Shown here: one piece after another, positions 18,695-28,298 of the stretch | Layout of the letters: each line of letters begins with the position of its first letter | How positions within the stretch are numbered: position 1 is the first letter of the stretch | Source: Candidatus Nomurabacteria bacterium GW2011_GWD2_36_14 | GTDB taxonomy: Bacteria; Patescibacteriota; Minisyncoccia; Phycocordibacterales; UBA9973 | Assembly: GCA_000991405.1 (NCBI GenBank) | Contig: LBRL01000001.1 | Coordinates: 3,744-67,743, forward strand | Direction: 5' to 3' | Length of the DNA stretch: 64,000 nt | Notes under the pieces: generated by a model | The model's database searches: none | What the model was told of the DNA's origin: nothing | The model's input: the letters and a program-made list of their open reading frames with translations, nothing else | Made by a program: the position numbers and the translations under genes

Positions 18695-20626
18695 TTATAT
18701 CAACGTATAATCTATCGTCTTCTTATTCATATCTGCTCCCACAACTTTAAATTTTGCTTTATCACCCAAGGTATATTTCTTGTGAGTCTTCTGACCTCTG
18801 ATACTCATGAACTTTTTATCGAAAATATAATAATCATCTTTGAGATCTCTCATCCTTATCATACCTTCGCATTTAGTTTCTTTTTCTTCTACGTATAGAC
18901 CCCATTCTGTCACTCCAGTAATGATACCTTCGTAAGTCTGACCTACTCGCTTAGACATATACTCAACTTGTTTGTATTTGATCGATGAGCGTTCTGCTTC
19001 AGCTGCCTCCTTCTCTTGGCTTGAAGCCTCCTCGCTCATGTGTTCATACTCGTACCACTTCTCTTTGGGTATAGCCTTATTAGCTAGGAAGTCTTTTAGT
19101 AGTCGGTGCACTATCACATCAGGGTAGCGTCTAATAGGTGAAGTGAAGTGAGTATAGAATTTAAATCCGAGGCCATAGTGGCCAATATTTTTAGTGGAGT
19201 AGATAGCCTTGGCCATCGTACGGATTATAGCTGTGTGAACTGTATCGCGGAGAGGGTTATGTTCTAGTTTACCTATTAGTATATTTATTTCTTCCGAGGG
19301 AATTATGCCATCCTTAAGCTTCATGTGGTAGCCAAGCCTTTTTAGGAAGGTAGCCAGGTCACCCATTTTATCTTTGTTGGGTAAGTCGTGGATTCTATAA
19401 AGGAAGACGCTTTGTTTGCCAATTTTTTTGCCAGACATATACTCAGCTACACGACGATTAGCAAGAAGCATAAATTCTTCCACAAGCTTATTTGTATCTC
19501 CTCGTTCTTTTGTATAGACAGATATAGGTACACCATGCTCGTCCAATTTAAATTTAACTTCTTCTTGTTCTAGCATTATTGCTCCTTCGTCGAATCTTTT
19601 TTTATTAAGTTTTTTAGCAATCAGATTCAATATATTTAATTCATCGTAGAATTCACCTTTTTTGTTATCTAGAATTTTTTGAGCATTTTCATATGTAAAT
19701 CTTTTGTCAGAGTGAATAATTGTTTCTCCGAACCACTCACTGTATATTTTGCCATTCATATCAAGCTCAAATACAGCCGAGAAGGTGAGTCGGTCGACAT
19801 TTGGATTTAGACTACAGAGTCCATTTGAAAGCTCCTCAGGTAGCATAGGTATTGTCCGATCTACAAGGTAGACAGAAGTGCCTCTACTTTGAGCTTCATC
19901 ATCGAGAGCTGTGTTTAATTTTACATAATGAGTTACATCAGCAATATGAATACCAATTTCAAGATGTCCATTTAGGAGTCTTTCAAGAGAGATGGCGTCA
20001 TCGAAATCTTTTGCATCGACAGGGTCTATAGTGAATGTTGTCACAGAACGCATATCTCTACGATCTTTTAAATCTTTTTCTGTGATTCCACGTTTAGATA
20101 TTTCAATTGCCTCTTTTTTTACTACAGAAGGGAAGTCAGCCGAGAATCCTTTCTCCAGAGCAATCGCTTCCATTTCGGCATTATGCTCCATGGGCATTCC
20201 TAGGATTTTATTTACTTCTCCTATTGGGGCTTTTTTTGCATCTTTCCATTCTGTAATAATTACGAAAACTTTTTGTCCGATTTTAGCCCCGGCTAGTTTG
20301 TTCTCGGGGATTATAATGTCAGCATACATTCTAAGGTCACTAGGTATCAGGAAGTAGGTATCGTTTTCTTTTTCAAGTACCCCGGAATATCCCTTCTTAG
20401 AACGACGGAGAATTTCTACCACTTCGCCAGTCTGGGTTAATCCTGATCTTTTAGGATGAAGCAGAACTTTGACGGTATCGCCATGGCAAGCTGTATGTAG
20501 GAAGCTATGCTCTATTTCTATAGTGTCGTCTTTACCCTTTATTCGCACTACCCCCATACCTTTATGAGATATAGTGATTATCCCTTCTGCATGCCTATCT
20601 ATCTTTTGTTTTTGCCTCGAATCCAT
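18695..20626 (-). CDS. rnr: Ribonuclease R
   Basis: TIDPVDAKDFDDA, HIADV, EEFMLLAN, YTHFTSPIRRYPD, C-terminal S1 domain. Confidence 0.95.
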   Translation of the reverse strand: MDSRQKQKIDRHAEGIITISHKGMGVVRIKGKDDTIEIEHSFLHTACHGDTVKVLLHPKRSGLTQTGEVVEILRRSKKGYSGVLEKENDTYFLIPSDLRMYADIIIPENKLAGAKIGQKVFVIITEWKDAKKAPIGEVNKILGMPMEHNAEMEAIALEKGFSADFPSVVKKEAIEISKRGITEKDLKDRRDMRSVTTFTIDPVDAKDFDDAISLERLLNGHLEIGIHIADVTHYVKLNTALDDEAQSRGTSVYLVDRTIPMLPEELSNGLCSLNPNVDRLTFSAVFELDMNGKIYSEWFGETIIHSDKRFTYENAQKILDNKKGEFYDELNILNLIAKKLNKKRFDEGAIMLEQEEVKFKLDEHGVPISVYTKERGDTNKLVEEFMLLANRRVAEYMSGKKIGKQSVFLYRIHDLPNKDKMGDLATFLKRLGYHMKLKDGIIPSEEINILIGKLEHNPLRDTVHTAIIRTMAKAIYSTKNIGHYGLGFKFYTHFTSPIRRYPDVIVHRLLKDFLANKAIPKEKWYEYEHMSEEASSQEKEAAEAERSSIKYKQVEYMSKRVGQTYEGIITGVTEWGLYVEEKETKCEGMIRMRDLKDDYYIFDKKFMSIRGQKTHKKYTLGDKAKFKVVGADMNKKTIDYTLI

Positions 20627-20735
20627 TTTATGTTGTTTTATCTTGTTTTTCACAATGTCAGTATAGCACAAAAATGACAGTCTTTATTTGTTTATTCAAC
20701 CTAGATCTTAGAACTTAATGTGATATAATTTTATT

Positions 20736-21596
20736 ATGGAAGAACATAAAAAAATTCTAAAATTACTAGATATTTGGGAAAATGATATTAGTATTAAATC
20801 TATAGATGGAGGGATGACAAATAATAATTATTTTGTCAGTGATGGTAATAAAAAATATATTGCCCGTTTTGCTCCCCACAACACAAAAATCCTTGGTCTT
20901 AATCGTCAAAAAGAAATACAAAATACAAAAATTGCATCAGAAAACAACATAGGGCCAGATGTAAAAAAATATTACAAAAATTATGACTTACTTATTCTTG
21001 AATTTATAGAAGGAAATATTCTTTCTGTGGGTGTAGCACAACAAATTGATACCATTAAAAAAATAGCAGAATTGTTTTTGAAATTGCATTCCCTTGCTGG
21101 TTTTAGTGGAAATAGGTTACCTTTGCAAAGAGCAGAGAGCTACTTTAATGAAGTTAAGTCAAGAAATGGGTGGATACCAGATAATCTTGAAGAAAGTTTT
21201 ATTAAAACAAAAGAAATAATTTCGCAACTGAAACCTTGTGTTTCGTGTTCATGTCATCTTGATGTTATGTTAGAAAATGTGATTGTTTGTAGTGATGGTA
21301 ATTTAAAATTAATTGATTGGGAGTATTCTGAAAATGCAGACCCTAGATATGATTTGGCAATGTATATTATTAAAGCTAAATTAAACAGAGAACAAGAAGA
21401 ACATCTCTTTTTGTGTTATGGCATAAACAAAGAAGAAGATAAACAAGATATAAGAAAGATGAAAACCTTAGTTGCACTAGCTGAGGCAACTTATGGTGTT
21501 TTGCAGAATGTTATTTCTGACAGAATATCTGTAGGTTATAGGGAATATGCTGAATCTGAACTTAAGGAACTAGAAAGTCTTTTGACTGATGTTTAG
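20736..21596 (+). CDS. Choline/ethanolamine kinase-like (APH superfamily) phosphotransferase
   Basis: GGMTNNNY, CHLDVMLENV, LIDWEYS, DPRYDLA. Confidence 0.85.
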   Translation: MEEHKKILKLLDIWENDISIKSIDGGMTNNNYFVSDGNKKYIARFAPHNTKILGLNRQKEIQNTKIASENNIGPDVKKYYKNYDLLILEFIEGNILSVGVAQQIDTIKKIAELFLKLHSLAGFSGNRLPLQRAESYFNEVKSRNGWIPDNLEESFIKTKEIISQLKPCVSCSCHLDVMLENVIVCSDGNLKLIDWEYSENADPRYDLAMYIIKAKLNREQEEHLFLCYGINKEEDKQDIRKMKTLVALAEATYGVLQNVISDRISVGYREYAESELKELESLLTDV

Positions 21597-21657
21597 TTTT
21601 TACCATAATCTCTGTTTGGGGATACTTCCAAGTTCGGAACTAATAAAATACCATACA

Positions 21658-21683
21658 AATACTTGCTCGTTTTGTGTCTTTAT
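21658..21683 (+). repeat. 26-bp direct repeat, left of the Fic gene
   Basis: AATACTTGCTCGTTTTGTGTCTTTAT, identical to 23065-23090. Confidence 0.92.
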
Positions 21684-21845
21684 TTGTTATATAAAGATTT
21701 GTATTTTATTAACTAATACTCATAGAGTTAAATAGTCTTATTAATCCTTGTTAAATCTTAATAATATATATTATTGAAAAAAGTCTACAAATGAAGTATA
21801 ATTTGATGGTATTGTTAAATCATATAAATAATATTGTTAAATCAT

Positions 21846-23009
21846 ATGGAAGAAAATAATCAAATAAATAAGGTACAAATTCCAACTTTCCCTTTTGAGA
21901 GTAAATTGGCTGATTTAATCATTAGTTTAGACCATTTGAGAAGTGGTCAAATACAAGGAACAACGCCAGTAAATATTTTTATGGACTTAAAAAAATTATT
22001 TCATTTATTGGAAAGTGTTCAGTCTACAAGAATAGAAGGGAATAGAACAACAATATTAGAAGCTATAGAAAAAAAGATTGAGAATGAAAAAATCAATAAT
22101 GATGAAGGGTGGAAGGAAATTGAAAATATAGAAAAAGCATTACAGTTTATTGAGACACATGTTGAGAACGGAAAAATTGATAGAATATTTATTTCTGAGT
22201 TACACAGAATAGTCGTATTTGATTTAGTCAGAGAAGGAAGCAAAAACCCTGGTAATTTTCGAATTGAACCTGTTAAAATAACCAACTCAAAACATATACC
22301 CCCCTCAGGAACTATCGTGGAAAGTTACATGAATGAATTATTAGATTTTATAAACGAAAAACATGGTAATAAATATGATTTAATAAAAGTTGCAGTAGCA
22401 CATCATAGATTTACATGGATACACCCATTTGATAATGGTAACGGAAGAATGTCTCGTCTTCTTACTTATGCGATGCTTATGAAATATGGTTTTAGAGTAC
22501 AAAATGCCAAAAGAGTTTTAAACCCTACTGGATTATTCTGTGTAGATAGAAACAAATATTATGATATGCTCCAAGAAGCAGATTTAAATGGTAATAATGG
22601 GCTAATTAAATGGTGTGAGTATGTTTTGGGTGGACTTGTTGGAGAAATAGAAAAGATAGATAAACTTACAGATTATGAATATCTTAAAAAAGAAATAATT
22701 TATCCTTCCATTACATATGCCAATAAAATGGGAACAATAACAAAGGAGGAGATGTTTATTTTATCCCTTGCTCTAGACAAAGAGGTTCTTGTTGCTGGTG
22801 ATATAAAAGAAGTATTTCCAGATTATTATTCAGTTAAAGTTTCAAGGATGATAAAAGAGTTAAGAGATAAAAATTACTTAAAGCCATTCCCTAATGAAAA
22901 TAGCAAAAGTTACGTTATTAATTTTTCAGATAATTTATTATTAAAATATTTAGCAAAAGAACTATACAATAAAGGTTTTATATTAAGTGATACGAAAGAA
23001 GATTTTTAA
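21846..23009 (+). CDS. Fic-domain protein (class II-like, with C-terminal wHTH)
   Basis: HPFDNGNGRMSR Fic motif; N-terminal STRIEGN inhibitory motif. Confidence 0.92.
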   Translation: MEENNQINKVQIPTFPFESKLADLIISLDHLRSGQIQGTTPVNIFMDLKKLFHLLESVQSTRIEGNRTTILEAIEKKIENEKINNDEGWKEIENIEKALQFIETHVENGKIDRIFISELHRIVVFDLVREGSKNPGNFRIEPVKITNSKHIPPSGTIVESYMNELLDFINEKHGNKYDLIKVAVAHHRFTWIHPFDNGNGRMSRLLTYAMLMKYGFRVQNAKRVLNPTGLFCVDRNKYYDMLQEADLNGNNGLIKWCEYVLGGLVGEIEKIDKLTDYEYLKKEIIYPSITYANKMGTITKEEMFILSLALDKEVLVAGDIKEVFPDYYSVKVSRMIKELRDKNYLKPFPNENSKSYVINFSDNLLLKYLAKELYNKGFILSDTKEDF

Positions 23010-23064
23010 TATTTATTATTGTATAATCTCTTTTTGAATATCATATTAAGTTCTGATTCACATT

Positions 23065-23098
23065 AATACTTGCTCGTTTTGTGTCTTTATGGTAGGAT
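23065..23098 (+). promoter_or_regulatory. rpsP promoter containing the right copy of the 26-bp direct repeat
   Basis: TTGCTC-17 bp-TAGGAT upstream of ATG 23109. Confidence 0.7.
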
Positions 23099-23108
23099 AC
23101 TTTTACAT

Positions 23109-23414
23109 ATGTTAAAGATAAGATTACAAAGAATAGGGCGCAAGAATGATCCAGCTTTTAGAGTACTTTTGACAGATTCTAAGAACTCAGCTAAGAGTGG
23201 TAAATTTAAAGAAATCTTGGGTTCATACAATCTAAAGAAAGGCGAAGTTATATTCAAGGCAGACCGCATCAAGCATTGGATAAGTGTTGGAGCTCAGACT
23301 TCAGATACAGTTCACAATTTCCTAGTTAGCCAGAAATTAATAGAAGGCAAGAAGAGAAACGTACTTTCGAAAAAGTCTCCAACTAAAGCTAAAAAAGAAC
23401 TTAAAAAAGCATAA
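23109..23414 (+). CDS. rpsP: 30S ribosomal protein S16
   Basis: MLKIRLQRIGRKNDPAFRV...EILGSYN...WISVGAQTSDTV. Confidence 0.97.
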   Translation: MLKIRLQRIGRKNDPAFRVLLTDSKNSAKSGKFKEILGSYNLKKGEVIFKADRIKHWISVGAQTSDTVHNFLVSQKLIEGKKRNVLSKKSPTKAKKELKKA

Positions 23415-23416
23415 TT

Positions 23417-23447
23417 AAAATCCCCCAAGCCTTGCTTGGGGGATTTT
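23417..23447 (+). terminator. Intrinsic terminator
   Basis: aaaatcccccaagc-ctt-gcttgggggatttt. Confidence 0.8.
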
Positions 23448-23541
23448 ATGTTGCATAAGAAAAGCTCTATATGGTATGATTATAGTCAGCAGGAGTAGTC
23501 GGTACACTGCAGAAATTATGAATAATTACTAAATACATTAT

Positions 23542-23916
23542 ATGATGGCAGATGATAAAGCATTTCTAGAATATATCGTTAAGGCTCTAGTTGATAATCC
23601 AAACGATGTGAAGATTGATCGAACCGTAGACGAAATGGGCGTTCTTATTACAATGACAGTAAATAGTGCTGATATGGGCAAGATTATTGGTCGCCAAGGC
23701 AATACAGCCAAGGCTATCCGCACACTATTGCGCGTTATCGGTATGAAGAACAATGCTCGTGTGAACTTGAAGATTAATGAACCAGAAGGAGGTAGAGTTG
23801 TGTCTGAACATGCGGAGCATACAGAGGCACCAACAGTTGCTCAAGCTCCTACAATGACAGCTAGCGAAGCTTCTAAGTCAGTTGATGCTGCTCTTGATGA
23901 TCTTAAGGGTATTTAA
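23542..23916 (+). CDS. khpA: KH-domain RNA-binding protein KhpA
   Basis: FLEYIVKALVDNP, DMGKIIGRQGNTAKAIRTLL; follows rpsP. Confidence 0.9.
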   Translation: MMADDKAFLEYIVKALVDNPNDVKIDRTVDEMGVLITMTVNSADMGKIIGRQGNTAKAIRTLLRVIGMKNNARVNLKINEPEGGRVVSEHAEHTEAPTVAQAPTMTASEASKSVDAALDDLKGI

Positions 23917-23917
23917 G

Positions 23918-24044
23918 ATAAAATAAATAAAACGACCTCATTTGCTTTGTTGCAGGTTCCGGGTGCTCGGTCAATGTAGAATTACTACATATCCCTCGCA
24001 TCCTCACCTGCGCCTCGCATCTGGGGTCGTTTTCTGTATTTTAT
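23918..24044 (-). repeat. 127-bp structured intergenic element (family B, copy 1)
   Basis: 23-bp terminal IR (20/23); core is homologous to 58116-58241 in reverse orientation. Confidence 0.9.
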
Positions 24045-24067
24045 TGAATTCGTGGTATATTGATTTT

Positions 24068-24805
24068 ATGCGATTCCATGTAGTAACACTTTTCCCTGAA
24101 ATGTTTGACTCTTATCTAGGAGGGTCTATTTTAGGGCGGGCAATAAAGGAGAAGAAGATTTCTGTTTCTTTTGTGAACCCTCGTAAATTTGTAACAGGCA
24201 AATATAGAAAAGTTTGGCCAGATGGCAATGTATCCCTCCAAGTAGACGAGCGTCCTTATGCCGGAGGTCCAGGGATGGTCATGATGGCAGAGCCGGTTAT
24301 CAAAGCGGTGGAATCAGTGTTGAAAAAAATTAAGAATTACGAATTAAGAATTAAGAATGGAAAAGTTAAAACTAAACAGCAAACACCAAAAAGCAAGGCA
24401 TTGATTATAAATTTTATTCCTTCCGCCGAGAAGTTTACGACAGCAGTTGCCAAAAGTATTTCCAAGAAATACACAGACGTTATTTTAATTTGTGGACGTT
24501 ATGAAGGTATTGATGCTCGAGTTGATAAAATTCTTAAAACTAAGAAGTATTCCATAGGGGACTATGTGCTGACAGGAGGCGAAATTCCCGCTATGGTTTT
24601 GATTGATTCTGTCTCCCGACAAATAGACGGAGTCTTAGGTAACTTTGATTCTCGCGAAGAGGAAAGAGTCTCTACCAGCGAGATATATACTCGTCCTGAA
24701 GTACTGATTTATAAAAACAAAAAGTATAAAGTTCCCAAGGTTTTATTATCTGGAAATCACAAAGACATAGAAGATTGGAAAAGTTTGACAAAAAGTGTTA
24801 AATAG
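24068..24805 (+). CDS. trmD: tRNA (guanine-N1)-methyltransferase
   Basis: MRFHVVTLFPEMF, RPYAGGPGMV, ICGRYEGIDARV, SIGDYVLTGGE. Confidence 0.96.
   Translation: MRFHVVTLFPEMFDSYLGGSILGRAIKEKKISVSFVNPRKFVTGKYRKVWPDGNVSLQVDERPYAGGPGMVMMAEPVIKAVESVLKKIKNYELRIKNGKVKTKQQTPKSKALIINFIPSAEKFTTAVAKSISKKYTDVILICGRYEGIDARVDKILKTKKYSIGDYVLTGGEIPAMVLIDSVSRQIDGVLGNFDSREEERVSTSEIYTRPEVLIYKNKKYKVPKVLLSGNHKDIEDWKSLTKSVK
24328..24358 (+). repeat. AATTAAG heptamer array inside trmD
   Basis: aattaag aattacg aattaag aattaag, translated as IKNYELRIKN. Confidence 0.7.
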
Positions 24806-24987
24806 GATAGGATGAAATCCAGATTGAATAGATTGAGTTATGGCAAATCAATCCTCGTTTATTAAGGTTTTAGCATACAAAAGTGTTAAACAATATCATT
24901 GCCAGTAATTATAAATAAAAAATCTAAATAAGGTTTGGTCACCTTGTTGTTTTTTGCGTTTTAACTTTATTAATAGATTAAAACGAA

Positions 24988-25082
24988 GGCATATATTTAA
25001 AATTTATGAGTAGGTGTGGGCGCGCCGAAGCGTAACGAAGTGGAGCGGAGAGGGCTAAGCGAATAAATTTTAAATATACGCC
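24988..25082. repeat. 95-bp element in the rpoB leader: 20-bp IR arms around a GC-rich core
   Basis: ggcatatatttaaaatttat ... ataaattttaaatatacgcc (19/20). Confidence 0.8.
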
Positions 25083-25106
25083 GAAGTTGTAATCCAAATT
25101 ATTCAT

Positions 25107-28100
25107 ATGAAAAAAACAGCCGTAGTAAAGAAGTATTTTTCGCGTTACAAGAAACCCCTAGCCCCGTTTCCTAATCTTATTGAAGATCAATTAAATTCTT
25201 TTAATTGGTTAGTAGAAAAGGGAATCAAGGAAGTCTTCAAAGAATTCTCACCAATCAACGATTACTCAGACAAGAAGTTTCAGCTCGACTTTACTTCTTT
25301 TACTCTCGGAGAACCGAAATTTGATGAAGAGTATTCAAAAGTAAATAAATTAACTTACGAAGGACCACTCAAAGCTCGTGTTCGTCTTTTGAATAAAAGT
25401 ATTGGAACTTCAAAAGAACAAGAAATTTTCATGGCTGATGTACCCCTCATGACCAAGCATGGTACATTCATCATCAATGGCGTTGAACGTGTTATTGTGG
25501 CTCAGCTCACTCGATCCTTCGGAGTATTTTTCACTGAGTCAGAATCAAAAGGTAAACGATATTTTGGAGCTAAAATTATTCCTGCTCGCGGTGTTTGGAT
25601 TGAAGTTGAATCTGATTCTGATGGAGCTGTCTATGTTCGTATTGACAAGAAACGCAAATTCTCAGTCGCTTCGCTTCTTCGTGTTTTAGGATTAAATACA
25701 GATGAAGCAATACTTAAGGCTTTTGGAGATAATGAGGAAATTTTGAAAGTTATAAAAGTTTGTCTTGAAAAAGATCCAGCCAAAACTCTTTCTGAGTCTT
25801 ATATAGAGATATATAAGCGTCTTCGTGATGGAGATCTCGCTACTCCAGATAATGCTCGCGAATTTATGAGCATTCTTCTTTCAAACGAACGCTATGATAT
25901 ATCTCCTGTTGGACGTTTTCGATTTAATAAGCGTTTTGAGAAAAATATGGACGAAAAGGAAATGGAGCGTCGCACCATATCATCCGATGATGTGGTCACT
26001 ATTGTCAAGAATATTATTGATTTAAATAATGACATTCATGCAAAAGGAGACGATATCGATCACCTAGGTCAGCGCCGTGTTCGTTATGTTGGAGAAATGT
26101 TCCAACAAAAAATCCGTACTGGTATGGCTCAGATAAAGAGAAATGTTCAAGACCGTATGTCGACAATCGATGTAGGGACTACAATGCCTATACAGATAAT
26201 CAATCAGCGTCCCTTACAAGCACGTATCAAGGAATTCTTCACAGCTAACCAGCTTTCCCAATTCATGAACCAAGAAAATGTTATGGCTGAAGTCGAGCAC
26301 TTGCGCATTCTCTCAGCCTTAGGTCCAGGGGGATTAACTCGTGAACGTGCAGGTCTTGAAGTTCGTGATGTGCACACTTCTCACTATGGACGTGTCTGTC
26401 CTATCCATACTCCAGAAGGTCCAAACATTGGTCTTATATTACACTTATCTACTTATGCGAAGATAAACGAATTTGGTATTATTGAAACTCCATATGTCAA
26501 AGTCAAGAACGGCAAGATAACTTCTGAGGTTGTTTACTTAAATGCGCTTGAAGAAGAAAAGTACAATATTGCTCATGCAGGTATCGACTACGATGATAAA
26601 GGAAATATATTAGAAGACAAAGTAGAGGCTCGTCTTAAGACAAAGCCAGGTATGATTTCAAAAATGGAAATCGACTTTATCGACGTAGCTACCAACCAAG
26701 CTTTCTCTGTTGCTACGAGTATGATTCCATTCCTCGAACACGATAATGCTCACCGTACACTCATGGGAAGTAACATGCAGAAACAGGCTCTTCCTTGTAT
26801 TATTCCTGAGGTTCCTTTAGTTGCTACAGGTATCGAAGAGTTGGCAAGTCGTGATTCTGGACGTTTGGTAATTTCAGAAGTAACGGGTGTTATATCTTAT
26901 GTAGATGCCAAGAAAATAATAGTTAAAGATGATAAAGGTAAAGATCATGCTTACCCTTTGATTACTTTCTCACGTACAAACAATTTCTCAATATTCCATC
27001 AGCGCCCTTCTGTTTCTATGGGGGATAAGATAAAGAAAGGGGATGTTCTTGCTGATACAAGCACTACAGATCACGGACAGATTGCTATTGGACAGAATGC
27101 CCTTATCGCCTTTATGTCGTGGGGTGGAGCAAACTACGAAGATGCTATTATTCTTTCAGAAAGACTAGTTAAAGAAAGTAAGTTTACAAGTATTTATGTT
27201 ACAGAATTCGTTTGTAATGTTCGTGATACAAAGCTTGGACCTGAAATCACAACTCGTGATATTCCAAACGTTGGAGAAAATAAACTAAAAGATTTAGATG
27301 AAGACGGCATCATTGTCGTTGGGGCGGAAGTTGTTGAAAATGATATTCTTGTTGGTAAAATTACTCCAAAAGGGGAGACAGAACTTACTCCCGAAGAAAG
27401 ACTTCTACGTTCTATCTTCACCGAAAAAGCTCGCGATGTGAAAGATACATCACTACGTCTTGAACATGGCAAGAAAGGTAGAGTTACTGGAGTTAAGATA
27501 TTCTCACGCGACCAGGGTCACAATCTTGAATCAGGAATTATCAAGAGAATTGTTGTTGAAATTGCACAGATCAGAAACATTTCAGTTGGAGATAAACTTT
27601 CAGGACGTCATGGTAACAAAGGTGTTATTTCAGTTATATTACCTGAAGAAGAAATGCCATTCATGGCCGACGGTACACCTGTCGACGTTATTTTGACCCC
27701 ACTTGGAGTTCCATCTCGTATGAACTTAGGGCAGGTACTCGAAATGCATCTTGGTTATGCCGCTCATACACTTGGATACCAAGCTATAGTTCCTCCTTTC
27801 TCTTCAGCCACAGTTACAGAAATCAAGGAAGAACTTGTGAAGGCTGGAATGCCAGAGAGTGGAAGAGTTACTCTATATGATGGACGTACAGGAGATGCTT
27901 TCGAGCAAGATGTTGCTATTGGATATATGTATATGTTGAAGCTTCACCACATGGTTGAAGACAAACTTCATATGCGTTCTATCGGTCCTTACTCTCTCAT
28001 TACACAGCAACCTCTCGGTGGTAAGGCTCAAGGCGGAGGTCAGCGTTTCGGAGAAATGGAGGTCTGGGCTTTGGAAGGACACGGTGCTGCTTACTCCTTG

Positions 28101-28274
28101 CGAGAAATGCTTACAATCAAGTCTGATGATATTATGGGTCGCTCTCAGACATTCGACGCTATTATCAAGGGTCTACCTATCGGAGAACCAAATATTCCTG
28201 CCTCATTCAATGTTCTATTGAACTACCTACGCGGACTTTCTCTTGATGTAGAATTAAAAAAGTCGAACGAATAA
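25107..28274 (+). CDS. rpoB: RNA polymerase subunit beta
   Basis: FIINGVERVIV, TPEGPNIG, GDKLSGRHGNKG, GGQRFGEMEVWA. Confidence 0.99.
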   Translation: MKKTAVVKKYFSRYKKPLAPFPNLIEDQLNSFNWLVEKGIKEVFKEFSPINDYSDKKFQLDFTSFTLGEPKFDEEYSKVNKLTYEGPLKARVRLLNKSIGTSKEQEIFMADVPLMTKHGTFIINGVERVIVAQLTRSFGVFFTESESKGKRYFGAKIIPARGVWIEVESDSDGAVYVRIDKKRKFSVASLLRVLGLNTDEAILKAFGDNEEILKVIKVCLEKDPAKTLSESYIEIYKRLRDGDLATPDNAREFMSILLSNERYDISPVGRFRFNKRFEKNMDEKEMERRTISSDDVVTIVKNIIDLNNDIHAKGDDIDHLGQRRVRYVGEMFQQKIRTGMAQIKRNVQDRMSTIDVGTTMPIQIINQRPLQARIKEFFTANQLSQFMNQENVMAEVEHLRILSALGPGGLTRERAGLEVRDVHTSHYGRVCPIHTPEGPNIGLILHLSTYAKINEFGIIETPYVKVKNGKITSEVVYLNALEEEKYNIAHAGIDYDDKGNILEDKVEARLKTKPGMISKMEIDFIDVATNQAFSVATSMIPFLEHDNAHRTLMGSNMQKQALPCIIPEVPLVATGIEELASRDSGRLVISEVTGVISYVDAKKIIVKDDKGKDHAYPLITFSRTNNFSIFHQRPSVSMGDKIKKGDVLADTSTTDHGQIAIGQNALIAFMSWGGANYEDAIILSERLVKESKFTSIYVTEFVCNVRDTKLGPEITTRDIPNVGENKLKDLDEDGIIVVGAEVVENDILVGKITPKGETELTPEERLLRSIFTEKARDVKDTSLRLEHGKKGRVTGVKIFSRDQGHNLESGIIKRIVVEIAQIRNISVGDKLSGRHGNKGVISVILPEEEMPFMADGTPVDVILTPLGVPSRMNLGQVLEMHLGYAAHTLGYQAIVPPFSSATVTEIKEELVKAGMPESGRVTLYDGRTGDAFEQDVAIGYMYMLKLHHMVEDKLHMRSIGPYSLITQQPLGGKAQGGGQRFGEMEVWALEGHGAAYSLREMLTIKSDDIMGRSQTFDAIIKGLPIGEPNIPASFNVLLNYLRGLSLDVELKKSNE

Positions 28275-28298
28275 TTAGTAACCATAATATTAAAATAT

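Noticed and set aside
23942-24067. N-terminal extensions from the ORF track (trmD; also nusB 11699, rnc 12559, rpsP 23070, tgt 45870, DsbA 35985)
   Set aside because: The extensions run through repeats, promoters or upstream genes; conserved sequence begins at the downstream ATG.
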